Part shown: piece by piece, positions 37,960 to 47,604 of the stretch
How positions within the stretch are numbered: the stretch's first letter is position 1
How the letters are laid out: each line of letters begins with the position of its first letter
Assembly: GCA_016199525.1 (NCBI GenBank)
Contig: JACQGL010000186.1
Coordinates: 6,482 to 70,481, forward strand
Source: Armatimonadota bacterium
GTDB lineage: Bacteria; Armatimonadota; SYMT01; JACQGL01
Direction: 5' to 3'
DNA length: 64,000 nt
Made by a program: the position numbers and the translations under genes
The notes under the pieces: generated by a model
Seen by the model: the letters and a program-made list of their open reading frames with translations, nothing else
What the model was told of the DNA's origin: nothing
Database searches by the model: none

Positions 37960-38388
37960 GTGGAGAACGCCGTTCAGATTGAGATCACGCCCTCGCCACT
38001 CTCCCTGGAGCCCCTGCTCGCTTTTGTGCAGCGGCGGGGCTATGGCGGCGTGGTCACGTTCACCGGTAACGTGCGCGACTACAACCACGGCCGCCGCGTG
38101 CTCTACCTGGAGTACGACGCCTACCGCCCGATGGCGGAGCGAGAGATGCGCGCCATCGCCGAGGAAGCAGTGCGCCGGTGGGACTGCTGTATCGCGATGG
38201 CGCACCGGATCGGCCGCCTGGAGGTGGGGGAGGCGAGCGTGATGATCGCTGTTGCCTGCGCGCACCGGGCGCCTGCCTTCGAAGCCTGTCGCTACGCCAT
38301 TGATACCCTCAAGGAAGCGGTCCCCATCTGGAAGAAGGAGGCCTGGGAGGGGGGCGAAGTGTGGATCGAGGGCGGGCAGGACGCATGA
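37960..38388 (+). CDS. moaE: Molybdopterin synthase catalytic subunit
   Basis: GGVVTFTGNVRD...LEYDAYRPMAE...IGRLEVGEASVMIAVACAHRAPAFEACRYAIDTLKEAVPIWKKE. GTG 37960 gives 142 aa, aligning with E. coli MoaE length. Other in-frame starts are 37855 and 37879. Confidence 0.85.
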   Translation: MENAVQIEITPSPLSLEPLLAFVQRRGYGGVVTFTGNVRDYNHGRRVLYLEYDAYRPMAEREMRAIAEEAVRRWDCCIAMAHRIGRLEVGEASVMIAVACAHRAPAFEACRYAIDTLKEAVPIWKKEAWEGGEVWIEGGQDA

Positions 38389-38509
38389 CGGATGACGATT
38401 GATGATCGACGATTGAGCGATGACAACTGACGAATGACGCATGCCGACCGTTTGCCTCCCGGCCCGGCGCTCCGCTTTCTGCATTGCGCATTCCGCGCTC
38501 GACAGGCCC

Positions 38510-39745
38510 ATGTCTACCACTAGCACTCCTCCCGAAACGCGCCGCCCGTCCGTCCTAAGGCTGCCCGCGACCGTCGTCCGGCTGGGCGTCGTGAGCCTGA
38601 TGAACGACGCCAGCTCGGAGATGATCTTCCCGCTCCTCCCCGTGTTCCTGCGCAGCACGCTGGGGCTCAGCGAGTCCGCCGCCGCGCTCGCCCTGGGGTG
38701 GATGGAGGGCCTGGCGGAGAGCGCCAACAGCCTGTTGCGCCTGGCGGCGGGCTGGCTGGGAGACCGCCTGCCGCGGCGCAAGCCGCTGGTGCTGGGCGGC
38801 TACGCGCTGGCCTCGGCCACACGGCCGCTCATCGCCCTGGTGACCGCCCCCTGGCAGCTGGTGGTCCTGCGCTTCGTGGACCGGGTGGGGAAGGGGGTGC
38901 GCGGCGCCCCCCGCGACGCGCTGATCGCCGACTCCGTGGACCCGGCGCGGCGCGGCTTGGCTTTCGGTTTCCACCGCAGCATGGATCACCTGGGGGCCAT
39001 CGTGGGGCCGGGGCTGGCCTGGCTGCTGCTCCTGCTGGCGCCCGGGCGCTACCGCCTGGTGTTCGCGCTGGCGGCGGTCCCTGCCATCGGGTCGCTGTTC
39101 GTGCTGGCAGGCGTGCGGGAGCGCGAGCGCCCCCGGCCGTCGCCGCCGGAAGAGGAAGGGATGGCGCAGACGAAGCGGCCATCCGCGCCGCTGCCGCGCT
39201 CCCTGTGGCTGCTCCTGGGCATCCTGTTCCTGTTCACGCTGGGTAACGCCAGCGACGCGTTCCTGCTCCTGCGCGCCCGCGAGCTGGGCGTGCCCGCCGC
39301 GGCGTTGCCGCTCATCTGGATGGTGCTCCATATCGTCAAGTCCGCCGGTTCCACGCCCGCGGGCTGGCTCTCGGACCGCATTCCCCGCCGGCGGCTGATC
39401 GCCGCGGGGTGGGGCGTCTACGCGGTGACCTACGCGGGCTTCGCGTGGGCCGGGGCGGCGTGGCACGCCTGGGCCCTCTTCGCCCTCTACGGGGTATACT
39501 TCGGGCTGGTGGAGGGCACCGAGAAGGCGATGGTTGCCGACCTGGCGCCCGCGGCGGCGCGCAGCACCGCCTTCGGCGCCTACAACTTCGCCGTCGGCCT
39601 GGGCGCGCTGCCCGCCAGCCTGGTCAGCGGCTACCTGTGGAAATGGTTCGGCGCGCCCATCGCCCTCGGTTTTGGGGCGGGCGTGGCGCTGCTGGCCGCC
39701 GTGCTGCTGCTTGTGGCGCCCCTCCGCACCCCGGCGAGGCCCTGA
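38510..39745 (+). CDS. MFS transporter
   Basis: About 12 predicted hydrophobic segments, and GWLGDRLPRRKP (the MFS loop 2-3 motif G..sDR.GRR). The start is ATG 38510. Confidence 0.8.
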   Translation: MSTTSTPPETRRPSVLRLPATVVRLGVVSLMNDASSEMIFPLLPVFLRSTLGLSESAAALALGWMEGLAESANSLLRLAAGWLGDRLPRRKPLVLGGYALASATRPLIALVTAPWQLVVLRFVDRVGKGVRGAPRDALIADSVDPARRGLAFGFHRSMDHLGAIVGPGLAWLLLLLAPGRYRLVFALAAVPAIGSLFVLAGVRERERPRPSPPEEEGMAQTKRPSAPLPRSLWLLLGILFLFTLGNASDAFLLLRARELGVPAAALPLIWMVLHIVKSAGSTPAGWLSDRIPRRRLIAAGWGVYAVTYAGFAWAGAAWHAWALFALYGVYFGLVEGTEKAMVADLAPAAARSTAFGAYNFAVGLGALPASLVSGYLWKWFGAPIALGFGAGVALLAAVLLLVAPLRTPARP

Positions 39746-39888
39746 CGATGCCCATGCTTGCCACGGAGGCGCGGAGACACGGAGGGGAAAGGGAGAGTGG
39801 GTGAGGGGGCGATCCGACGGTTGCCCGCTGCAATTCCCCTGCCTTGCTCAATGCTTCAGCGTCTCCGTGGTGCCCAAACTCTTTCGAG

Positions 39889-40548
39889 ATGTCTACCAAT
39901 CCGCTGGTCGAGTTACGCGCGGTGCTGTTCGATGTGGACGGCACCCTGATCGATACTGCCGACCTGGTGGCGGACTCCCTGGCCTACGCCAGCCGCCAGC
40001 ACCTGGGTCGCACGCTGCCGCGCGAGGAGTATCTGCGCCTGGTAGGGCGGCCGCTGGCCGTGCAGGCGCGCTTCCTGGCCCCAGGCCATGAGCGCCAGTT
40101 TGTCGCCGACGCTATGCGCTACTACGAGGAGCATGCGGACCGGGAGAAGCCGTTCCCTGGGGTCCTGGAAGCACTGCGCGCCGTGCGCGCTGCAGGCCTG
40201 AAGACGGCACTGGTGACCTCCAAGGTGCGGGAGGAGCTGGAGAAGGTCCTGCGGCGGATACCACTGGACCGCTACGTCGATGCAATCGTTACCGCAGACA
40301 TAACCGCCCGCCCCAAGCCCGCGCCGGACCCGGTGCTGAAGGCGGTGGAGCTGCTCGGCGTCCGGCCGGAGGAAACGTTGTTTATCGGGGACAGCCCGTA
40401 CGACATGGCCTCCGGTTGGGAGGCGGGCGCGCGCACGGCCGCCGCTCTGTGGGGCCCCCATCCGCGGGAGACGCTGGCGAAAGAAAAGCCGACCTACTGG
40501 CTGGAGAAGCCGGAGGATATCGTGCGGGCGGTGGGGGAGCTGGCTTGA
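39889..40548 (+). CDS. HAD-superfamily hydrolase (phosphoglycolate phosphatase/PpaX-like)
   Basis: VLFDVDGTLIDT (DxDxT), VTSK, and GDSPYDMASG motifs. Confidence 0.85.
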   Translation: MSTNPLVELRAVLFDVDGTLIDTADLVADSLAYASRQHLGRTLPREEYLRLVGRPLAVQARFLAPGHERQFVADAMRYYEEHADREKPFPGVLEALRAVRAAGLKTALVTSKVREELEKVLRRIPLDRYVDAIVTADITARPKPAPDPVLKAVELLGVRPEETLFIGDSPYDMASGWEAGARTAAALWGPHPRETLAKEKPTYWLEKPEDIVRAVGELA

Positions 40549-40567
40549 TGGCCAGGTGGCAGGCCGC

Positions 40568-42631
40568 TCAACGGCTGATCCCCACGGTTAACTTGCCCGC
40601 TCCCTGCCTCCTGACTACGGCCACGGGCAGGAGGAAGCTAAACCGCTCCGTGGTGCCGTCCGCGAAGCGGTAGGTGAACTCCGCCTGGTGCGCCGCGCCA
40701 TCCGATGGCGGCACGGCACCGGGGGCGAGTGGCACCACCTCCGTGCGGCTCGGGAACTGTATCTGTATCGCCAACGACTCCTCGACCTCGTCCAGCCCCA
40801 CCACCCTGGGGTCCTGGTAGTCGATGTGGTAGCCGTCCGGCGCCCGCCGGACAGTGCGGACGCCGCTATGGAAGGTGAGGGTAAGCGCCCCCTGGAAGGG
40901 ATCCTCCCACCCCGGCGCATAGGGTCGCGCCCACGGCCTGCTCGCGAAAGCCGTCTGCGCCTGGCGACGGGCGGCCAGCGGCATCGCCGCGTAGGGCACA
41001 GCTCCGCCCGCCAGGAGCACCTGCCGCTGCCTGGGCGTGAGGCTGCCGTAGACCCGCAGGATGCTTCTGTTGTGTTCGCTCTCGAACCCGCTGCCGGCCA
41101 CCTCCTCCATGAACACCTCGCCCAGGTAGACGCCCCGTTCGCGGAGCGCCAGCGCGAAGTGTGGAAACTGGGCATCCGATAGGCCCAGGGCGAGGTCAGC
41201 AAGCTGCGGGAGGGAAAGTGCCGGCCAGTCGTGCAAGCAGGCGGCCCACCCGTCCGCTACGCGCCGCGGGATCTCCGCCACACGCTCGGCGAACCACCTG
41301 CGACTGCGGATGCGGAACCACACGCCCTCTCTGGTCCATTCCGAAGACGGGAGGACGTATTGGTTGAGCACACGGTAGAGCGGCGGCTCCCCAGGCGATT
41401 CGGGCGGGCACATCCACCCGCACCACAGATAGGCATCAGCCACCAGGTTGATACGGTGGGCCTGGGCCACGTAGGCCAGGAAGTCCCACATGGACACACT
41501 CGGAACACCATCCCCATCCTGCTTCGCCCACGGATCGGCAGATGGAGTTACGTCCAGGCGACGTCGGGAGCCGATGACAGGATCCTCCTTCCAGACCTGG
41601 GGCACAGCATCGGGATCCTGCGCTTGGATGGGCCACGAATCGGGCCCGATATTCTCTCCGTACTCCCTAACTTCGTACCGGTTGTCTATCTCAACCGCGG
41701 TTTCCGGGCTTCCGCGCGGAACGGCGATGGGCTGGACCTGTAGACAGGCCCGTGGATGGTCGGGATAGAGCGTTTCGGAGAACCGCACTCTCACGCGGAT
41801 GCTGCCTGCGCGCTGCCAGGCGTCCTCCATCTGTTTCACATGTCCGGCGATCAACAGCTCGCCACCCCAGCAGCCACCGATGCTGAGCTGGTGCCGGAAA
41901 TCGGGCTGGGCGGCGCGTAGCTCGCTTGCCAGCGCTGCGGGGAGCGTTGCCGCGCCGGGCTCCGGCGCGGTGCTGAACCAGAGCACCTCCCCCTGCCTGA
42001 GCCGCTGCCATTGTTCGGGCCGGAGCAGACCCACCACGCGGATGAGGGCGCGCACGAGGGGCAGCTTCGTCCCCGCCGCCTCGTCCCGCGGCTGCGGAAT
42101 CCTGGCGTCCGAACCGGATGTTTGGCTTGGGGAACCGGAGCCGCCTGCCTCGGGAGCCGGATTCTGCGCTCGGGCCACGTCGCGACGGACGCGAGCCAGG
42201 AGGCGCTCGAAGGCCAGCCGGCGGCCCTGGCAGCGCAGATCCTCTTCTCGCTGTCTAGACTCCGGATCCTGGTAAAGCCGGTACGCGTACTGCCCGGGTT
42301 TGCCCGAGCGCCCCCAGCGGTAGTCGAACAGGACGGCCAAGTGGTGCATCACCTCCTTAGCCGGCCGGTCCCAGGCGCAAACGACGGTGGGCTCGTCTGC
42401 CACGTCCGCGGAGCTGGAGAGCTCCACCCTCGTCTGCCGCGCCAGCTCCGCCAGCACCCGGGCGAGCGGGCTCCTCCTCATCCGGAGGGCGACCTTCTTT
42501 TCCAGGCGCGGGTCCTCTGCGAAGAGGGGCGAGAGCGGCGCCGCGCCCCGCATCGCAGGACCAGGCCACCGCCCGGCGACTGTGGGCGCGGTCAGGAGAA
42601 CGGCCAGGAGAGCGGCAATCAGCTCGGGCAT
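40568..42631 (-). CDS. Large secreted hypothetical protein (687 aa)
   Basis: Signal-like MPELIAALLAVLLTAPTVAG. No family motif was recognised. The ORF is long and non-repetitive with gene-like composition. Confidence 0.65.
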   Translation of the reverse strand: MPELIAALLAVLLTAPTVAGRWPGPAMRGAAPLSPLFAEDPRLEKKVALRMRRSPLARVLAELARQTRVELSSSADVADEPTVVCAWDRPAKEVMHHLAVLFDYRWGRSGKPGQYAYRLYQDPESRQREEDLRCQGRRLAFERLLARVRRDVARAQNPAPEAGGSGSPSQTSGSDARIPQPRDEAAGTKLPLVRALIRVVGLLRPEQWQRLRQGEVLWFSTAPEPGAATLPAALASELRAAQPDFRHQLSIGGCWGGELLIAGHVKQMEDAWQRAGSIRVRVRFSETLYPDHPRACLQVQPIAVPRGSPETAVEIDNRYEVREYGENIGPDSWPIQAQDPDAVPQVWKEDPVIGSRRRLDVTPSADPWAKQDGDGVPSVSMWDFLAYVAQAHRINLVADAYLWCGWMCPPESPGEPPLYRVLNQYVLPSSEWTREGVWFRIRSRRWFAERVAEIPRRVADGWAACLHDWPALSLPQLADLALGLSDAQFPHFALALRERGVYLGEVFMEEVAGSGFESEHNRSILRVYGSLTPRQRQVLLAGGAVPYAAMPLAARRQAQTAFASRPWARPYAPGWEDPFQGALTLTFHSGVRTVRRAPDGYHIDYQDPRVVGLDEVEESLAIQIQFPSRTEVVPLAPGAVPPSDGAAHQAEFTYRFADGTTERFSFLLPVAVVRRQGAGKLTVGISR

Positions 42632-42758
42632 GGCACCTCCGGCGTGGTGCGATCAGGGGAACGGTCGAGGGGATGCAGTGCATAGCAACCTGCCTGATGT
42701 CCGCATACCGTTCATTCTTTCGACTCGGGCCGGCGCCGGTTTGTTGCTCGGGTTTGGA

Positions 42759-42787
42759 TTGCCGCCCTCTCTCGTGCGTGTTATAAT
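42759..42787 (+). promoter_or_regulatory. Promoter TTGCCG-17-(TGt)TATAAT upstream of mfd
   Basis: TTGCCG at 42759-42764, a 17-nt spacer ending in TG-N, and TATAAT at 42782-42787. This is 85 nt upstream of ATG 42872. Confidence 0.6.
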
Positions 42788-42871
42788 GCGCTGCCGCCGC
42801 CCTCGGCGGCCAACAACAGAGACTTGCACAGGGCCCCCGCCGGCGCGGGAGCCCTTTCTGGCCGTACGTTG

Positions 42872-45800
42872 ATGCCTCTCGCCTGGTTACTGGATCAGCT
42901 GCTCGAGTCGCCCGAGTTCTCGCGCGCGGCGCAGGCGCTGCGGCACGCCAGCCAGCCGGTGTGGATTGAGGGGCTGGCAGGCAGCGCCAAGACGTGCGTG
43001 CTCGCGGGACTGGCTCGCTATAGCGGCAGGGCCGCCCTGGTGATCACTGCTTCTGAAGAGGCGGCGGAGCGACTGGCCGAGGACCTGCCTGCCTTCGGTT
43101 TCCGCCCCGAGGAGATTGGCCTCTACCCGGCCTCCGAGCCGGAGCTGGAGGACCTGCTGGCGGAAAAGAAGATGATCGCCTCGTCCGAGGCGCCGGAACA
43201 GCGCGCTCTGGCGCGCACGCGGCTGGCGGTGCTGGAGGGGCTGGCGGAGGGTCGGCTCTCCCTTGTGGTGGCCCCCGTGCACGCCGCCCTGCGCGCCACC
43301 CTGGGGCCGCTCTGCCAGCATCGCCTGACACTGCAGCGGGGGCAGACGGCGGATCTGCACCGCCTGGCGCGCCAGCTGGTGGAGTTTGGCTACCAAAGGG
43401 CGGCACTGGTGGAAGTGGCGGGGCAGTTCGCGCTGCGGGGTGGCATCCTGGATGTGTTCCCCTCCACACGCGCGCAGCCGGTGCGCATCGAGTGGTTTGG
43501 TGATGAGATCGAGGGCCTGCGCGAATTCGATGTGGAGAGCCAGCGGTCCCTGCAGGAGATGGACGCGCTCACCCTCTTACCCGCCCGTGAGCTGCTGGAG
43601 GCCCCTGCCTCCGAGCGCGGCACGTTCACCCTCCTCGAACACATGCCGCCGGGCTGCCTGGTAGTGCTGGACGAGCCGGGCCACGCCCGTATCCGCTGGC
43701 AGGAGTACCGCGAGCAGGTGAACCGGCGCGAAGCGTTGCTGCAGGAATCCGACCGCGTCCTGCCAGAGCACGTGGCTCCCTCGCGGGCGCGGGCGGAACA
43801 CGTGGACTTGGAACGCTGGCTGGAGCGGCTGGCGCCCTACCGGCGGCTGGTGTTCACCCTGCTGGGCCACTCCCTGCCCTGGCTGCGCCAGGAGCTGGCC
43901 GGAGCGGTGCACGCCGGGATGAACTCCGGCAGCATCGATTCTGCCCAAGGGGATCTGCCCGAACTCGCCACGCGCCTGCGCAGTTGGATCGGAGCCGGCA
44001 ATCGGGTGGTGGTCATCAGCGACCGCCCGGGCCGCGTGACGGAGCTGCTGGTGGAGCAGGGGATTCCCGCCCGGGACGCCTCTCGCCGCGAACCCTCTCC
44101 CGAAGCGGGGGAGGGAGCACCGCGGCGTGACAGTCTCCCCTCCCCCAACGCGGAGGAGGGGCCGGGGGTGGCGGTTCACCAGGGCCGCCTGTCCGCCGGT
44201 TTCCGGCTGCCCGGCCTGAAGCGCATCGTCCTCACCGACGCAGAGATCTTTGGCGGTGGGCCGGAACACCGCCCGCGCCCCCAGCGGGTGGCCCAGAAGT
44301 TCAAAGAATCACGGCCGATCATGTCCCTCCTCGAACTGAAGGAGGGAGACCTGGTGGTCCACGTCGTGCACGGTATCGGTCGCTACCGGGGCCTGGAGCG
44401 GCGCAGCGTCAACGGCGTGCAGCGGGAGTTCCTGCGCATCGACTACCAGGAGCCGGACCGGCTGTTCGTGCCCAGCGATCAACTGGATCGCGTCCAGAAG
44501 TACATCGGGTCAGATGACCAGCCGCCCACCATCCACCGCCTGGGTGGCGGAGACTGGTTTCGCACCAAGAGCCGCGTCCGGGCCCGAGTAAAGGAGATGG
44601 CGAAACAGCTGGTGGCGCTCTATGCGGCACGGCAGGCGCGCCCCGGCTACGCTTTCGATGAGGATACCGTCTGGCAGGAAGAGCTGGAAGCGGCCTTCCC
44701 CTACCAGGAAACGAAAGACCAGCTGCAGGCGATCTGGGATACGAAGCGCGATATGCACGCGCCGCGGCCGATGGATCGCCTCGTCTGCGGAGACGTGGGC
44801 TACGGCAAGACGGAAGTGGCCATCCGCGCGGCGTTCAAAGCAGTGGTGGATGGCAAGCAGGCCGCCGTGCTCGTGCCCACCACCGTCCTCGCCCAACAGC
44901 ACTACGTGACCTTTACCGAGCGGCTGGCGGCTTTCCCGGTCAATGTAGAGGTGCTCTCCCGCTTCCGAACGCGCGCGGAGCAGAAGGAGATCGTCCGGCG
45001 GCTGGCAGAGGGCGACCTGGACATCGTCATCGGCACACACCGTCTGCTCTCGAAGGACGTGCAGTTATCCGACCTGGGGCTGCTGGTGGTGGATGAGGAG
45101 CACCGCTTCGGCGTGAGCCATAAAGAGCGGATCAAGCAGCTCAAGCAGTCGGTGGACGTGCTCACGCTCACGGCGACCCCGATTCCCCGCACGCTGCACA
45201 TGTCGCTGGCAGGCATCCGCGACATGAGCGTGATCGAGGATCCGCCGGAAGGGCGGCTGGCGGTGCGCACCTACTGCCTGGAGTGGGATCCAACCATCAT
45301 CCGCGAGGCGATTCTGCGCGAGCTGGACCGCGGCGGGCAGGTTTATTACGTCCATAACCGGATCGAAACGATCTTCCGCGAGGCGGAGAAGCTGCGCCGG
45401 CTGGTGCCCCAGGCCCGTATCAGGGCCGGCCACGGCCAGATGTCCGCCGATGAACTCGAGGAGGTGATGCTCGACTTCTATGAGCACCAGTATGACATCC
45501 TGGTGTGCACCACGATTATCGAAAGCGGCCTGGATATTCCGAATGTGAATACCATCGTCATCACCGAGGCGGATCGGCTCGGGCTGGCGCAGCTGCACCA
45601 GCTCCGCGGCCGCGTGGGCCGTTCATCCCGACAGGCGTACTGCTACCTTACCTACCAGCCGTTCAAGGTACTCACGGAAACGGCGGAGAAGCGCCTGGAG
45701 GCAATCCGCGACTTCACCGACCTGGGCGCGGGATTCCGCATCGCCATGCGGGACCTGGAGATTCGCGGGGCGGGCAACCTGCTGGGCCCAGAGCAGCACG

Positions 45801-46378
45801 GGTTCATGGTTGCCGTCGGTTTTGAACTCTACTGCCAGATGATCGAGGAGGCGGTAAAAGAAATTCAGGGAAAATCGGTGGAGGAGGTGCTGCTGCCAGG
45901 GGTGAATCTCCCCATCAATGCCTTTTTACCACCCGAGTATGTGCCCACGGACGGCCTGCGTCTGGCGTTCTACCGCAAGATCGCCGCTTGCCGGGAACCC
46001 GCCCACGTAGACGCAGTCCAGGCGGAGATGGAGGACCGCTTTGGCGATCCGCCCACGCCGGTGTGGCACCTGCTGGCGCTGATGCGGCTGCGAATGGCCT
46101 GCCTGGAGGCCGGGGTGGGGCGCATCGAGACCGATAAGCAGGGCATCGTCCTGTGGATGGCTCGCCGGGTGCCGCTGGAGGATGCCAAGGCGATTCAGCG
46201 AAAGTTCCGCCGGACCTCCTTCCTCCCGGACCGGATCGTGCTGCACTACGAGGGGGACAACCCCCTGCGGGCCGTGGAGAACCTGGTGGCGGCGCTCAAG
46301 GAACGCGCGGGAAAGAGCGCCTCGGACGCCGTTCGGCGGCAGCTGGCGGCAGAGCAAGCGCTCTCAGCGAGGGGATAG
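42872..46378 (+). CDS. mfd: Transcription-repair coupling factor
   Basis: UvrB-homology N-terminus, the CarD-like GDLVVHVVHGIGRY, SF2 helicase motifs (GDVGYGKTEVA, DEEHRFGV, TATPIPRT, QLHQLRGRVGRS), and a TRG region. Confidence 0.95.
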   Translation: MPLAWLLDQLLESPEFSRAAQALRHASQPVWIEGLAGSAKTCVLAGLARYSGRAALVITASEEAAERLAEDLPAFGFRPEEIGLYPASEPELEDLLAEKKMIASSEAPEQRALARTRLAVLEGLAEGRLSLVVAPVHAALRATLGPLCQHRLTLQRGQTADLHRLARQLVEFGYQRAALVEVAGQFALRGGILDVFPSTRAQPVRIEWFGDEIEGLREFDVESQRSLQEMDALTLLPARELLEAPASERGTFTLLEHMPPGCLVVLDEPGHARIRWQEYREQVNRREALLQESDRVLPEHVAPSRARAEHVDLERWLERLAPYRRLVFTLLGHSLPWLRQELAGAVHAGMNSGSIDSAQGDLPELATRLRSWIGAGNRVVVISDRPGRVTELLVEQGIPARDASRREPSPEAGEGAPRRDSLPSPNAEEGPGVAVHQGRLSAGFRLPGLKRIVLTDAEIFGGGPEHRPRPQRVAQKFKESRPIMSLLELKEGDLVVHVVHGIGRYRGLERRSVNGVQREFLRIDYQEPDRLFVPSDQLDRVQKYIGSDDQPPTIHRLGGGDWFRTKSRVRARVKEMAKQLVALYAARQARPGYAFDEDTVWQEELEAAFPYQETKDQLQAIWDTKRDMHAPRPMDRLVCGDVGYGKTEVAIRAAFKAVVDGKQAAVLVPTTVLAQQHYVTFTERLAAFPVNVEVLSRFRTRAEQKEIVRRLAEGDLDIVIGTHRLLSKDVQLSDLGLLVVDEEHRFGVSHKERIKQLKQSVDVLTLTATPIPRTLHMSLAGIRDMSVIEDPPEGRLAVRTYCLEWDPTIIREAILRELDRGGQVYYVHNRIETIFREAEKLRRLVPQARIRAGHGQMSADELEEVMLDFYEHQYDILVCTTIIESGLDIPNVNTIVITEADRLGLAQLHQLRGRVGRSSRQAYCYLTYQPFKVLTETAEKRLEAIRDFTDLGAGFRIAMRDLEIRGAGNLLGPEQHGFMVAVGFELYCQMIEEAVKEIQGKSVEEVLLPGVNLPINAFLPPEYVPTDGLRLAFYRKIAACREPAHVDAVQAEMEDRFGDPPTPVWHLLALMRLRMACLEAGVGRIETDKQGIVLWMARRVPLEDAKAIQRKFRRTSFLPDRIVLHYEGDNPLRAVENLVAALKERAGKSASDAVRRQLAAEQALSARG

Positions 46379-46793
46379 TTCGACAACTAAATTGGCGCAA
46401 CGCCGTTCCAGGGCGCAGGTTTTCTTTGTTTACCGGCCGGGGCCTCCCGCTCCCGACGCCGTTGGGAAAATCGCCCCTGGCCTATCTGGTGCTGCCTCGG
46501 GGCAGCACACGCGGCTATGTGGCGTGGCAGCGATCCAGCGATCGTCGCTCTGCCGGATGGGTATCGGTCGGTCCATTTCCGGCTCGGGGAGCGAACCGTC
46601 CGATTTTTCTCCGCCTATGGGTTTCCCCCGGCGAGGATTCGGCCCGCCAGAGGATGAACTCTGTGGCGGCTCGATTCTCTCGTGATCGATTGACCAGCGG
46701 GCGATTACCCGTTCGTCCGCAAGTCTAACTCTGCTTGTCGTCCCCGATGTCCGCCCTCTCCGCCGGGGGTCGCGACTGCAAGCAAGGTGTGGA

Positions 46794-47573
46794 ATGCTTC
46801 TCGATGTCCTACCGACCTCCGCTGAGGACTACTTCCTGCCGATAACCGTAACCCTCCGCGGCCCCCTCGATACGGGAACGATCCCCCAGGCGCAGGATGC
46901 TCTGCGTGCTGCCAGGGGGCCGCAGGCCCGCCCGGAACTGGTGGTCGACGTCGCCGCAGTGACCGAGGTGGACAGCGCCGGACTCGCCGTTCTGGCGGGA
47001 GAAGCGTGGCATGCCCAGAGGGAAGGCGGTACGGTGCGGCTGCGCCACGCATCGCCAGCGCTGGTCCGGCGTCTGGAACTGGCCGGCTGGCTCAACCTGT
47101 TCGTTCTCGACGGGCTCCAGACGCCGGGGCCCCTTTATCTGGTTCCCCAGCCACGCAGGCGGACCTGGCGGGAAGAGACGTTCGTAGTCCCCGCCCGCCT
47201 GGATCTGATCCCGGAACTCCGCAACCGCGTGGTTTACTTCGCTGCCGCGCTGGGGCTTGCCAACGAGGAACTGGACGACGTCCGCCTCGCCGCGGGAGAA
47301 GCGATCACCAACGCCTACCGACACGGCTGCCAGGGCAATGCCAATCGGCACATCGGCGTCCGGTGCACCGCCGACCCGGAACGGCTGTGCATTGAAGTGC
47401 GCGACCCCGGATCCGGATTCGATCCCTGGTCGCTCTCCCTGCCGGACCCAATGCACCTCGAACCGGGCGGCCTGGGTATCCACTTTATGCGGATGACAAT
47501 GGATCGGGTGGAGTTCGAGTTTCGACCGGGGACCACCATCGTGCGGCTGGAGAAGCGATTGCGCCATTCCTGA
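46794..47573 (+). CDS. Fusion of a STAS (anti-sigma antagonist) domain and an RsbW/SpoIIAB-like anti-sigma Ser kinase (HATPase_c)
   Basis: The N-terminal half has VDVAAVTEVDSAGLAVL (STAS with the DSxG phospho-site context). The C-terminal half has EAITNAYRHG (N-box), VRDPGSGFD (G1) and GGLGIHFM (G2). Confidence 0.8.
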   Translation: MLLDVLPTSAEDYFLPITVTLRGPLDTGTIPQAQDALRAARGPQARPELVVDVAAVTEVDSAGLAVLAGEAWHAQREGGTVRLRHASPALVRRLELAGWLNLFVLDGLQTPGPLYLVPQPRRRTWREETFVVPARLDLIPELRNRVVYFAAALGLANEELDDVRLAAGEAITNAYRHGCQGNANRHIGVRCTADPERLCIEVRDPGSGFDPWSLSLPDPMHLEPGGLGIHFMRMTMDRVEFEFRPGTTIVRLEKRLRHS

Positions 47574-47604
47574 CCCGCCGGGGGATCGACCGCCGGAGCG
47601 GATC

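Noticed and set aside
46399-46431. Rho-independent terminator after mfd (T-rich tract TTTTCTTTGTTT at 46420-46431)
   Set aside because: The T-tract is striking for this genome, but the preceding stem is only about 4 bp (CGCC...GGCG). That is too weak to call as a feature.
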